Source: a bacterium (GTDB lineage Bacteria; SAR324; XYD2-FULL-50-16; G965216635). From it: a stretch of 64,000 nucleotides of DNA. The position numbers and the translations under genes were made by a program. Shown piece after piece: positions 20,018-29,990 of the stretch. Where the stretch lies: positions 1,952,001 to 2,016,000 of the forward strand of contig OZ244188.1 of the NCBI GenBank assembly GCA_965216635.1, given 5' to 3'. Under the pieces are notes generated by a model that searched no databases, was not told where the DNA came from, and saw nothing but the letters and a program-made list of their open reading frames with translations. The number at the start of each line of letters is the position of its first letter. Position 1 is the stretch's first letter.

Positions 20018-20485
20018 ATGAATTTTGAAATGCACTTGCGGGTCTATTACGAGGATACCGACGCTGGCGGGGTAGTTTATCACGCAAACTATCTAAAATT
20101 TTTTGAACGGGCTCGTAGCGAGTGGCTGAGAAGTTTAGGTTTTTCTCAAACTATTCTCAGAGAAAAAGAGCAAAATATCTTTGCTGTAAAAAAACTCTCC
20201 ATTCGGTACTACAAACCCGCCGTTCTGGACGATCTACTTTCTGTCAACTGCCGACTTATAAAAACAAAAAAATGCTCTTTGTTTTTCTCGCAAGAAATTT
20301 TTCGCTTCCCAAAATTACCATTAAAGACGAAGCCAAGGCAACCAGCCTTACAACAGCTGTGCCTGCCTGCATCTGAGCTTGCAGAAGAATTGCTTGTTTC
20401 TGCAGATATATTGATTGCTTGTATTCACAGTAAAACATTTAAACCGACTATTATTAGCCCTGCTTTAACAAAATGTTTATTCTAA
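20018..20485 (+). CDS. ybgC: YbgC/FadM-family acyl-CoA thioesterase
   Basis: RVYYEDTDAGGVVYHANYLKFFERAR. Confidence 0.9.
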   Translation: MNFEMHLRVYYEDTDAGGVVYHANYLKFFERARSEWLRSLGFSQTILREKEQNIFAVKKLSIRYYKPAVLDDLLSVNCRLIKTKKCSLFFSQEIFRFPKLPLKTKPRQPALQQLCLPASELAEELLVSADILIACIHSKTFKPTIISPALTKCLF

Positions 20486-20495
20486 ACAATCAAGA

Positions 20496-21497
20496 ATGAC
20501 AAAACTAGCTTCTTTTAGTTGGGAAATTTTCAATAGTCTCTGTAAGCAAAATTTTCTGCAATCTGGCAAAGCTTACCTTATTGCTATTAGCGGGGGTTGT
20601 GATTCTGTCGCCCTCAGCAGGCTATTTCATAGTTTTTTAAAAAAGATGGATTTCAAGCTAGAGTTAGTTCATTTCCATCACGGTATTCGCCAAAAAAGCG
20701 ACGTAGAAGCTGATTTTGTTTTAGCTTTAGCAAAAAAATTATTCTTAAAGTGCCATCTTTTTAAAACCAAAAGCCTACGCCCTCCAGCCATTCAAAAAAA
20801 AGCCCGTGAGTGGCGCTATCAAAAATTGGAAATGTTAAAACAAAAAGAAAATTTTGCTTTTGTTGTTTTAGGACATCAACTAGAAGACCTTGTAGAAACA
20901 CAAATTTGGCGTTTGTTACGGGGAACAAGTCTGTTTGATTTAGCTACTATTTTACCCAAACAAAAATTTTACCTGCGTCCCCTACTTTATACTTCCAAAC
21001 TGAAAATTCAAGACTATTTACATTCTATAAAACAGGATTGGGTAGAAGATGCTAGCAACCTAGAGGATAGCTATACAAGAAATAGTATTCGCAAGCACTT
21101 ACTTCCCGCAATGCAAAATATACTGCTTCCAGAAAAATCTCCAGCCCCTTGGTCGGCAGAAAAACAAACTGTCCCTCACCAGTTTTTAGAAAAAATGTTA
21201 GCTTTGCATAAAGAAGCGATAGAACTGCAAGGCATTTATCAAACGCAAACTTCTCATATTACATTTGAGAAAGGTTACCTGAATTTTGAAGAATTGCAAA
21301 AACTACCCTGTCTTTTTGCTCAAAGGGTGATTCACGATTTTTTAATTTCTCAAAAAATAGATTCTTTATTAAGAGTTCAAATAGAAAACATTTATCAATT
21401 GGTTTTAGAAAACAAAGGAAATTGGGAACTCAAGCTTTCTAAAAATAGGGTGGTAGAAGGTAGAAATAAAAAAATATTTATTAGACCTTTGCATTAG
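20496..21497 (+). CDS. tilS: tRNA(Ile)-lysidine synthetase
   Basis: SGGCDS PP-loop, HHGIR, AREWRY, GHQLEDLVET, RPLL, EDASN, RNSIR. Confidence 0.92.
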   Translation: MTKLASFSWEIFNSLCKQNFLQSGKAYLIAISGGCDSVALSRLFHSFLKKMDFKLELVHFHHGIRQKSDVEADFVLALAKKLFLKCHLFKTKSLRPPAIQKKAREWRYQKLEMLKQKENFAFVVLGHQLEDLVETQIWRLLRGTSLFDLATILPKQKFYLRPLLYTSKLKIQDYLHSIKQDWVEDASNLEDSYTRNSIRKHLLPAMQNILLPEKSPAPWSAEKQTVPHQFLEKMLALHKEAIELQGIYQTQTSHITFEKGYLNFEELQKLPCLFAQRVIHDFLISQKIDSLLRVQIENIYQLVLENKGNWELKLSKNRVVEGRNKKIFIRPLH

Positions 21498-21601
21498 TTT
21501 CTAATTTTTTAAAATTGACAAAAATATTTAAGATTGACAAAATATTTCTTTCGTCCATAATTATTGATAATAGTTATCCTAAAAAATTTTAATTTAAAAA
21601 T

Positions 21602-24088
21602 ATGGAAAAACACGCACGGTTGGTCATTATAGGAGCAGGTATTGTAGGTTGTGCAGCTGCCTATCATTTAGCAAAAATGGGTTGGAAAGATATAGTAGTT
21701 TTAGATCAAGGTAAGTCTCCTTTTTATGGAGGCTCTAGTTCTCACGCACCGGGAGGCGCTTTTCAAACCAATCCTTCTAAATTGATGACGGAACTGGCTC
21801 ACTATGGAGTCCATTTTTATCATAGTTTGGAGTACGACGGAAAAAAAGGAGCAGAGTTATCGGGGGGTATAGAATTGGCTCGCACTCCAGAAAGATTGAC
21901 GGAACTAAAAAGACGTTGTGGCTTGGGGCATAGTTGGGGATTGGAAGGGGAAATTCTTACTCCTAAAGAGTGTAAAGAAAAAGTTCCCTTCCTCAATGAG
22001 AAAGAAATTTTAGGGGGTTATTTTGTAGCAGACGATGCGGTAGGTCGTCCTGTAGTTTGTGTGCAGGCTTTGGCAGAATTTGCGAAAAAAAATGGAGTGA
22101 AATTTTACGACCGCACGGATGTTTTGGATATTTTAGTAGAAAAAAAACGCGTTAAAGGAATCAAAACCAACAAAGGCTCAATCACTTGCGAAAAAATACT
22201 TTGCTGTGCGGGTATGTGGGGATCTGTGATTGGTGAGATGATTGGGCAGCCTATGCCTCTGATGCCGATGGAACACCAATACGCTCGCACCAATTCTTTA
22301 AAGGCACTAGAACCTTTTAAGGATACAGAAGTAGCTTTTCCTTTGCTACGAGAACAGGGTCATTCTTTGTATTTTCGGCAACACCACCAAGAATTAGGCA
22401 TCGGTAATTATTTTCATAGACCGATACCTATTAACGCAAAAAAATTAACTCACCCTAGCCAAAGCAAAGAGATGCCTTCTGTTAGAAAGTGGACTCCTGC
22501 AGATTTTCAAGAGGCTTGGGAGCGTTCTATGGAAATTTTTCCTTGTCTGAAAGAAGAAAAAGCAGAATTAAATTATAAAATTAACGGGGTTTTTTCTTTT
22601 ACTCCCGATTCTGGTTCTTTGCTCGGTGAATCTCCCGTAGTCAAAGATTTTTGGATAGCGGAAGCTGTTTGGTTCACTCACGCAGCCGGCTTTGCAAAAA
22701 TTATTGCAGAGTGGATGGATGCTGGCGAAGCCCAACAGGATGTGCACGAAGCAGATTTACACCGCTTTTATGCTCACGCTGCTTCTCAAAAGTATATCCG
22801 CAATTCTGGAGCAGAGCAGTATAGAATAGTCTACGATTTAAACCATCCCAAAAGACAAAACGAACTGGAAAGGAATTTGATGTGCAGTCCTTTTTTTGAA
22901 AGACAAAGGCAACTGGGAGGACATTTTTTTCAAACACTTGGATTTGAGAGAGCCCACTGGTACGAAAGCAATCGCCATTTATTAGATTATAATTTTGCTA
23001 AAAGACATCCTTGGTCAGCGCAAAATTGGTCTCCCATAGAAGCGGTAGAATCTTTACAGACAAGAAACAATGCTGCGATTTATGATCTTTCTGCTTTTCA
23101 AGTGTTTGCCATAGAAGGCTTGGGGGCTTTAGATTTTTTGCAAAAACAAGTTTGTAGCAATTTAGATGTTGCTGTAGGCAGAATAGTCTATACTCAAGTT
23201 TTGACTGTATCGGGTGGGATTAAATGCGACGTGACTATTTCAAGGATGGACGAGCATCTTTTTTGGGTGATTAGCGGAGTTGGTTCTGCAGGGCACGATT
23301 TTGCGACTTTGAAAAATAGGTTTTATAACTTCTTGGGGAGCACAAAAAATACGACTTCCAAAAATGTTAGTATAAGGGATATTTCCGATAGCTATGCAAC
23401 TATTGGTGTCTGGGGACCCAACGCTAAGAAAATTTTACAACCGACTTGTGATATAAATTTGAATATTCAAGAATTTCGTTTTTTCCGTTGGAAATCTGCT
23501 TTTCTCGGCTCTATCCCCGTATATATGTTTCGCATCTCCTATGTAGGAGAAAGTGGTTGGGAAATTTATGTGAAGACACCTTACGCTCTGGCTTTGTGGA
23601 AACTTATAGAAAAAGCAGGAGCTCCTTACGGGATGATTCCAGCTGGCACGGGAGCTTTTGATTCTTTGAGATTAGAAAAAGCCTACCGCTCTTGGGGTGG
23701 GGATATGGCACAAAATGAAACTCCTTTTCACGCTGGAACAGAGTTTATTATTAGCTGGAAAAAAGGAGATTTTATCGGAAAAGAAGCTTTGGAAAAAGTT
23801 AAAAAAGAGGGCGTGGATTTAAGATTGCATACTTTTCGTTTGCAAAATAAATCGGTAGTCCTTTTAGGAGGAGAAACAGTTTATGATAAAGAAAAGCGAA
23901 GAATAGGCTACGTGACAAGCGCAAATTACGGCTACGCTGTAAATGAATCTATCGGCTTTGCTTACCTTCCTCCTGAATATGGTAAAGTAGGCACAGAGGT
24001 TTATTTTGATTATCTCGGCAATATGTACCTCGGCTTTATAGAAAAAGATGTGTTGTACGACCCCAATTATGAAAAAGTCAAAAGTTAG
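21602..24088 (+). CDS. GcvT-family FAD-dependent oxidoreductase (dimethylglycine/sarcosine dehydrogenase-like)
   Basis: IIGAGIVG, SSSHAPG, FSFTPD, C-terminal GcvT domain (RISYVGESGWEIY, SLRLEKAY). Confidence 0.9.
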   Translation: MEKHARLVIIGAGIVGCAAAYHLAKMGWKDIVVLDQGKSPFYGGSSSHAPGGAFQTNPSKLMTELAHYGVHFYHSLEYDGKKGAELSGGIELARTPERLTELKRRCGLGHSWGLEGEILTPKECKEKVPFLNEKEILGGYFVADDAVGRPVVCVQALAEFAKKNGVKFYDRTDVLDILVEKKRVKGIKTNKGSITCEKILCCAGMWGSVIGEMIGQPMPLMPMEHQYARTNSLKALEPFKDTEVAFPLLREQGHSLYFRQHHQELGIGNYFHRPIPINAKKLTHPSQSKEMPSVRKWTPADFQEAWERSMEIFPCLKEEKAELNYKINGVFSFTPDSGSLLGESPVVKDFWIAEAVWFTHAAGFAKIIAEWMDAGEAQQDVHEADLHRFYAHAASQKYIRNSGAEQYRIVYDLNHPKRQNELERNLMCSPFFERQRQLGGHFFQTLGFERAHWYESNRHLLDYNFAKRHPWSAQNWSPIEAVESLQTRNNAAIYDLSAFQVFAIEGLGALDFLQKQVCSNLDVAVGRIVYTQVLTVSGGIKCDVTISRMDEHLFWVISGVGSAGHDFATLKNRFYNFLGSTKNTTSKNVSIRDISDSYATIGVWGPNAKKILQPTCDINLNIQEFRFFRWKSAFLGSIPVYMFRISYVGESGWEIYVKTPYALALWKLIEKAGAPYGMIPAGTGAFDSLRLEKAYRSWGGDMAQNETPFHAGTEFIISWKKGDFIGKEALEKVKKEGVDLRLHTFRLQNKSVVLLGGETVYDKEKRRIGYVTSANYGYAVNESIGFAYLPPEYGKVGTEVYFDYLGNMYLGFIEKDVLYDPNYEKVKS

Positions 24089-24134
24089 ACCTTCTAGTTC
24101 AAAGGTTCATAATACTATAGACTTCTATCTTTTA

Positions 24135-24397
24135 TAGGCTTTTGAATTTGCCAAATAGGACAAAACTAGCTGTTTAGCCAAAACAAGCTTGTTGCTTTTA
24201 CGCCAATACAGGCTTTAGCAAAAGAGTCACTGGTACGACCATTCGGCTCTTTTGCAGTCTATATTGTGTTAGCTTTAAGTTTTGCACTACACCATTGAAA
24301 AAAAGTTGCACTCAGAGCTTGAATCTGCGAGATATTTATTTATACTAAAATGAGACTGTTAAACTAGTCTTCCTATAATGCCTAGTTCAAAAGTCTC
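24135..24397. mobile_element. Modular MITE-like element (E5)
   Basis: TAGGCTTTTGAATTTGCCAAATAGGACAAAACTAGC ... TAATGCCTAGTTCAAAAGTCTC; internal GCAAAAGAG..CTCTTTTGC hairpin. Confidence 0.7.
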
Positions 24398-24422
24398 AAA
24401 ATAAATTGACAATTTTATTATT

Positions 24423-24980
24423 ATGGAAAATAGCATTATCAAAAATATAGATCAAAAAATGAGTAAAACCATTGAAGCTTTGAAAAAAGATTTTGTATCT
24501 ATTCAGGCTGGAAGAGCAAATCCTAGTATATTAGACAATATCTTTGTGGATTATTATGGTTCTAGTATGCCTATTCATCAATTAGCTAATATTACCACTC
24601 CAGATCCGCGATTATTGATTATCGTGGCTTGGGAAAAATCAGTTGTCAAGGAAATAGAAAAAAGCATTACCAAAGCCAATATTGGAATTACTCCACAAAG
24701 CGATGGAACAGTCATTCGCCTGCCTATTCCGCCTTTAACAGGAGAAAGAAGATTGGAACTAGTCAAGCAAGTAAAAAAGATTGGCGAAGAATGTAAAAAT
24801 TCTATTAGAATTAGCCGTAGAGATGGTAATCAGCATGTAAAAGATCAAGAAAAAAACAAAGATTTTTCCGAAGACACAGCTAAAGATTTGGAAAAAGAAA
24901 TGCAAACTCTTACAGATAGATATATTCAAGAAATAAACTCTCTGATAGAGCATAAGGAAAAAGAATTAACTGAATTTTAG
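24423..24980 (+). CDS. frr: Ribosome recycling factor
   Basis: AGRANPSILD, YYG, IPPLTGERR, IR..RRD. Confidence 0.96.
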   Translation: MENSIIKNIDQKMSKTIEALKKDFVSIQAGRANPSILDNIFVDYYGSSMPIHQLANITTPDPRLLIIVAWEKSVVKEIEKSITKANIGITPQSDGTVIRLPIPPLTGERRLELVKQVKKIGEECKNSIRISRRDGNQHVKDQEKNKDFSEDTAKDLEKEMQTLTDRYIQEINSLIEHKEKELTEF

Positions 24981-25273
24981 CGACTATTGAATTAGACATT
25001 CTAGTTCGGCAAAACAGGCTTATTGCTTAAAACTTCAGACAGGCTATTTGCGAAAGAACCAGCTTTTTTGGTGTAGATTTATTATTGTCTACCAGCAAGA
25101 GTGCTTCGGGCGCTCTTGCACAAAAACCTTATTATATTTCAATTTTTCATACATTTGGTTATTTTGATATTTTACTATAACCCTTATTTTGTGTTAAGCA
25201 GTAAGAGAAACTCCCGAGCTAAAATTTTTTTTGTCTTGTCTAGTCTTTCTATAATGCCTAATTCAACAGTCTA
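24980..25273. mobile_element. Modular MITE-like element, second TIR variant (E6)
   Basis: GACTATTGAATTAGACATT ... AATGCCTAATTCAACAGTCTA; contains the GCAAGAGTGC-TTCG-GGCGCTCTTGC hairpin. Confidence 0.7.
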
Positions 25274-25282
25274 GTTTTAATT

Positions 25283-26239
25283 ATGTATCGTCTCGCTAGC
25301 ATTCTAATTACCGTTGCCTGCTTTATTACTTGGCTGCTGATTTCTCTGGGAGCAACAGTGCGTCTTTTTGGGGCTGGTTTGGCTTGTCCCGATTGGCCCC
25401 TGTGTTATGGAAGCCTAACTCCTTCTCCCACTCTACCCATTTTACTAGAAGTAGGGCATCGCTACCTAGCAAGTATTTTAGGCTTAATACTTATTTTGAT
25501 CTATCTACTTTGCATCTGGTGTGCAGATTTAAGAAAAACAAGAAAACTCTCGGGTTGGTTGCTTTTCTTGGTTGTTTTTCAAGGGTTGGTGGGAGGCTTA
25601 ACTGTTTTATTCAAACTCAATTTTTCTACAGTAGTCGTACACTTATTACTAGGAAATTTACTTTTTTTCGGGTTGATTTGCTTGTTTTATGAAATAATTT
25701 TTCCGCCAAAAATTCCACTCAAAAACCTTATTTTTTATCCTACTTCTAAAAAATACAAACAACTGCGACTGCTCAGCTTTTTATTTTTCTTTATGCTTTT
25801 TACGGGAGGTTTAAATAGCAGTAATTACGCAGGGTATGCCTGCCAAGCCTTTCCTCTATGCAATAGCCAATCTTCTTTTTCTTTTTTTTGGGATAGCCAA
25901 AATTCCACCTTTTTTTTCAATGGCTGGAAAGGTTTTGATTTCAAAGTCCATTTTTTAGAAGCAATCCATCTCTTTCACAGATTAGTCGTTATTTTAGGAA
26001 GCATTGTTTTAGGCTATTTTTCTATTCGCTACTGGCTAAAAGCCGAAGGAAACGCAGCCAAAGAGTGGAAAATTCTTGGGTTTACTCTTTTGATTTTGCT
26101 GTTTTTAGAAATTCTAGTAGGTATCACTAACGCACTATTTAGAGTGCCCATTCCTATTTCTATCCTACATACAGCACTGTCAGCTAGTATTACTGGAATT
26201 TTGGGCTGGGGATTTAGTCTTTCTAAATATAAGGATTAA
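25283..26239 (+). CDS. ctaA: Heme A synthase (COX15/CtaA)
   Basis: GAGLACPDWPLC, EVGHR, HLFHR, conserved His residues in TM helices. Confidence 0.92.
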   Translation: MYRLASILITVACFITWLLISLGATVRLFGAGLACPDWPLCYGSLTPSPTLPILLEVGHRYLASILGLILILIYLLCIWCADLRKTRKLSGWLLFLVVFQGLVGGLTVLFKLNFSTVVVHLLLGNLLFFGLICLFYEIIFPPKIPLKNLIFYPTSKKYKQLRLLSFLFFFMLFTGGLNSSNYAGYACQAFPLCNSQSSFSFFWDSQNSTFFFNGWKGFDFKVHFLEAIHLFHRLVVILGSIVLGYFSIRYWLKAEGNAAKEWKILGFTLLILLFLEILVGITNALFRVPIPISILHTALSASITGILGWGFSLSKYKD

Positions 26240-26362
26240 ATTAGACATTCTAGTTTGACTATACTGCGTTGAAATTTTTTTTATTGTATTGTCTAGATTT
26301 GTGTTTTCTCTTGCTCTGAGCCTGGTTCTAATTTTTTGTCTTGGGTAGGTTTTAATTTATTT

Positions 26363-26746
26363 TTACCTACTTTTATTCTTGTATAATAAATAACCTGCTG
26401 TCCCCCATAGCCCTATAATAGTTATAGTTGTAGAACCAAATAAAACATTAAATGAAGAGGTAGGCAATTTTACTCCACAAAAAGAATATGGAGTGATAAC
26501 AGAAAGAGGACAAGTAGGCAGAAAAAACTGCAAAAACAAAACAAAGCATAAAATAGAAATCCAGAATATAGTAATATCGTATGCCTTATAAAAAAATTCA
26601 AAAACTAATTGTCTTTCTACTTCCGAAGTTTTTAATTTGTCGTCTAGTAGTTTTTTGGCTTCATTAAATTTTTCATTTATTTCACCTGAACCTGATTCAT
26701 TTACACCTGATTCTACAACCGAATTAGAATAACTATTTTTTGACAT
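26363..26746 (-). CDS. Small two-TM protein, putative toxin partner of the upstream Panacea gene
   Basis: Hydrophilic N-terminus plus two TM helices; overlaps the Panacea stop. Confidence 0.6.
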   Translation of the reverse strand: MSKNSYSNSVVESGVNESGSGEINEKFNEAKKLLDDKLKTSEVERQLVFEFFYKAYDITIFWISILCFVLFLQFFLPTCPLSVITPYSFCGVKLPTSSFNVLFGSTTITIIGLWGTAGYLLYKNKSR

Positions 26747-27209
26747 AGTCTTTTAAGAAACCTTTATAGTAGACTTTAATTAAATCTCTGTCTATTACCT
26801 TATGTCTTGAACCATCATAACAAACAGACCAAGGAGTTCCATCCGTATGGGTATGCCCCATAATTGTTTTACCGTTTTTATCCCTGTATATATTCCATAC
26901 TGTAGTTAATAAACTATAAATTTCTTCATCTTCTTTTGTTATTTTTGGGACTAATTCTTCTCCGTCTATTTCTGCGGGTGTTGTAAGTACATTATATTTT
27001 TTGTCTTTAAAACTATGGTAGACAGAAGGAACAACAGGTCCCATCTTCCAAGCCTGAACTTCATCTTTAAATAAATCAAAATCTTTCAGTGCTAAAGAAA
27101 AACCTAAAGCAATATAGACAATTTTATTTAGTTTTAAAACATCTACATTATCATTATTTTTTTGTTCTATAAAAAAATTAGCCACCGAAAGTGCTGTTTG
27201 TATTTCCAT
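26733..27209 (-). CDS. Panacea/SocA (DUF4065) antitoxin-family protein
   Basis: VANFF, LKLNKIVYIALGFSL, QAWKMGPVVPSVY, TH..GTPW; clear paralog of 6924..7421. Confidence 0.9.
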   Translation of the reverse strand: MEIQTALSVANFFIEQKNNDNVDVLKLNKIVYIALGFSLALKDFDLFKDEVQAWKMGPVVPSVYHSFKDKKYNVLTTPAEIDGEELVPKITKEDEEIYSLLTTVWNIYRDKNGKTIMGHTHTDGTPWSVCYDGSRHKVIDRDLIKVYYKGFLKDYVKK

Positions 27210-27434
27210 TTTTTCTTATTTTGTGAACTTTTTGTATTAATTTTTTCCCTTTTAGTTAAAAAAATTCAACTTAACATACAAAATCATTCTTTGCAAGATT
27301 AATATTAGTCAACTTATCTAGAACATTTATTTTAGGGCAATGTACCATAATTTTTGTTTTGAATAACACGGCATTTTTCATAAACTTTATCAATAACAAA
27401 TTAAACAGATAAACCTAATTTTTATCAATTTGTT

Positions 27435-28205
27435 TTAGGGTTTTTGGGCAAAGTGAACAACACAAGCCCCGCATAGCTTTTTTTGAAATTCGGATTCTCT
27501 AAAACCTACAGCGTTTAATTTTGTTACTAATTCTTGGGGAGAAGGATAGTCTTTTGTAGAGTTAGGAAAGTAGCAAAACATTTTGCTTTTGGGAACAAGG
27601 TATTTGCCTAGCAAAGGAACGAGCTTGAAAAAAAAAAATTGAAACATTTGACTAGCTATCGGAAAAGTAACTTTTCCCATATCTAAACAAGCAAAAACAC
27701 CTCCTTTTTTTAGACAACGATAAATTTCTTGCAATGCAAAATCCAAATCTGTAAGGTTGCGTAGACCAAAACCTACAGTAATAGCCGTCAAAGAATCCTT
27801 AGCAAAAGGGAGCGGAAGCACATCTTTAAAAACAAATCTGATTTTAGAGTTTTCTTTTTTTTTCTTTTCAGCAATTTTCAGCATAGCAGAAGAAAAATCC
27901 ATTCCTATAATTTCATAGTTTTGAGGAGCAAAGTTTTCTAACTGGTAGGTAATATCTCCTGTGCCGCAACAAATATCTAAAATTTTGCCAGAATATTTGC
28001 CAGAATCTTTGCCAGAATACTTGCCAGAATCTTTGCCAAAACTTTTATTTGTAAGAATCATTTGAATAGTTTTTCTGGCGAGTGCTTTTTTAAATACTTG
28101 GTGTCTGCCAAAGGAGACTAAGCAATTAAAAAGATCATACTTATAAGCGATCTCGTCAAAGCCCTGCCTAATAAATTTTTTATCTTTTTCTATTGCTTGC
28201 CTCAT
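27435..28205 (-). CDS. ubiE: UbiE/MenG quinone-biosynthesis C-methyltransferase, with an in-frame 12-nt repeat (GKDS/GKYS)
   Basis: FDEIAYKYD, LDICCGTGD, DFSSAML, GFGLRN, RCLKKGG. Confidence 0.9.
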   Translation of the reverse strand: MRQAIEKDKKFIRQGFDEIAYKYDLFNCLVSFGRHQVFKKALARKTIQMILTNKSFGKDSGKYSGKDSGKYSGKILDICCGTGDITYQLENFAPQNYEIIGMDFSSAMLKIAEKKKKENSKIRFVFKDVLPLPFAKDSLTAITVGFGLRNLTDLDFALQEIYRCLKKGGVFACLDMGKVTFPIASQMFQFFFFKLVPLLGKYLVPKSKMFCYFPNSTKDYPSPQELVTKLNAVGFRESEFQKKLCGACVVHFAQKP

Positions 28206-28264
28206 TTTTGTTGTTTATTTTGCTCCGTTATTATAGTCTAAAATATACTTTAAAATTAGATTTT

Positions 28265-28747
28265 ATGAAATATTCTTTTGAAAAAAAAATTCTTGCTCCT
28301 GATATTATCTCCACAGAAATAGAAAAATTAAAAGAAAATAAAACTTTGGTTTTTAGCAATGGCTGTTTTGATCTATTCCACTACGGACACTTAATCTATC
28401 TCTACCAAGCTAAACAACTTGGAGATTTACTGCTTGTAGCACTCAATACAGATGCTAGTGTTCAAAAAATTAAAGGAAAAAACAGACCCTATATCTCTTT
28501 ACAACAAAGGGCTTCCATTTTAGCAGGGCTTGAATTTGTAGATTGGGTAACTTGGTTTTCTGAAGAAAGTCCTTTGAATTTATTAGAAAAAATCAAACCT
28601 GATATTTTAGTGAAGGGTGGAGATTATCAGTTAAACCAAGTTGTAGGAGGTGATTTAGTGAAAAAATACGGGGGAAAAGTTGCCACTGTAGATTTACAGA
28701 AGGGTTGGAGTGGGGTTAGTATAGTAGAAAAAATTAAAAACTCTTAA
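28265..28747 (+). CDS. rfaE2: D-glycero-beta-D-manno-heptose 1-phosphate adenylyltransferase
   Basis: SNGCFDLFHYGH, KGKNRP, PDILVKGGDY; start at MKYSF. Confidence 0.92.
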   Translation: MKYSFEKKILAPDIISTEIEKLKENKTLVFSNGCFDLFHYGHLIYLYQAKQLGDLLLVALNTDASVQKIKGKNRPYISLQQRASILAGLEFVDWVTWFSEESPLNLLEKIKPDILVKGGDYQLNQVVGGDLVKKYGGKVATVDLQKGWSGVSIVEKIKNS

Positions 28748-29208
28748 ATTAGACATTATACTTCGTCTATGCTGCGTTAAAAACTAATTTTTACCCCTTG
28801 AAATATTACACATATTCCAGCGGGATAAAAATTAGTTTTTGCCTTGCCTAGACTTTGTCTAATGCCTAATTCAGCAGTCTCTTCTTGAATCAGCAGTCTC
28901 TTCTTGAATTAGACATTCTGCTTATTTAATCTACTGGGCTATGCTGCGTTAAAAACTAATTTTTACCCCTTGAAATATTACACATATTCCAGCGGGATAA
29001 AAATTAGTTTTTGCCTTGCCTAGACTTTGTCTAATGCCTAATTCAGCAGTCTCTTCTTGAATCAGCAGTCTCTTCTTGAATTAGACATTCTGCTTATTTA
29101 ATCTACTGGGCTATGCTGCGTTAAAAACTAACTGCAGATAAGCACTTTGGCAATAATCTGTCTGAAGTTTAAAACAAAAACGTCGCATCAGCGAAATTCA
29201 ACAGTATA
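28747..29208. mobile_element. MITE-derived region containing a 172-bp tandem duplication (E8)
   Basis: ctatgctgcgttaaaaactaa at 28767, 28939 and 29111; each full unit has the GCGTT-stem-CTTGAAATA..TATTCCAGCG-stem-GCCTTG core and a TIR-2 end. Confidence 0.8.
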
Positions 29209-29261
29209 TTAGGCACTATAACGCTCTAACTTATAAAATTTTATTTTTGATTTTTAAATTT

Positions 29262-29987
29262 ATGAAAAACTGTGTTGCAATTCTACTTGCTGCTGGAAAA
29301 GGGACTCGCCTCAAAAATTCTGCTATGCAGAAGACTTCTAATAAAATCTTTTTGGATTTATTGGGGAAAAGCCTTTTACAAAGAAGTTTAGAAAACATCG
29401 CTCGTTTTAAAAGACTTTATTCTATTATTCTCGTTGTCTCTCAAAAAGATAAGCATCAGATAAAAACACTTTTAGATTCTTTTGCAGTGAAAATTCCCGT
29501 TTTTTTAGTTTTGGGCGGCAAGGAGCGATTTCAATCTTCTATTTTAGGAGTTAAAAAATATCAGACTATTCAAAAAAAGAAGGATTGTTTTTTTATACAG
29601 GACATAGCTCGCCCTTTCACCAGCCTTAAATTATTGGAAGAACTGTATCAATCTTGCAAGAATGGTAATAGCCATAAAATAGCCATACCCTACTTGATTC
29701 CCAAAGATACCTTTTGGCAGAAAAAAAAGAATGATCGGGTTTCACTTCTAAAAAGAGAAGATTTGTTTGCTGTGCAAACACCACAATTTTTTGACGGTTC
29801 TTTGGCAAAATATTGGAATACAGATTTCTTTAAAAAACCTATTACTGAAAAAAAACCTAGTGATGATCTTTTTTTTGTGGCAAAGAAAAAAATACCTATA
29901 CATTGGGTCAAAGGAGAAGACAGCAATATAAAAATCACTACTGCAAATGATTTAGAATTCGCAAAGTTTTACCTCTCTAAATCTTAA
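29262..29987 (+). CDS. ispD: 2-C-methyl-D-erythritol 4-phosphate cytidylyltransferase (divergent)
   Basis: LAAGKGTR, GGKERFQS, DIARPF, VQTPQ, NIKITT..D. Confidence 0.85.
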   Translation: MKNCVAILLAAGKGTRLKNSAMQKTSNKIFLDLLGKSLLQRSLENIARFKRLYSIILVVSQKDKHQIKTLLDSFAVKIPVFLVLGGKERFQSSILGVKKYQTIQKKKDCFFIQDIARPFTSLKLLEELYQSCKNGNSHKIAIPYLIPKDTFWQKKKNDRVSLLKREDLFAVQTPQFFDGSLAKYWNTDFFKKPITEKKPSDDLFFVAKKKIPIHWVKGEDSNIKITTANDLEFAKFYLSKS

Positions 29988-29990
29988 AAA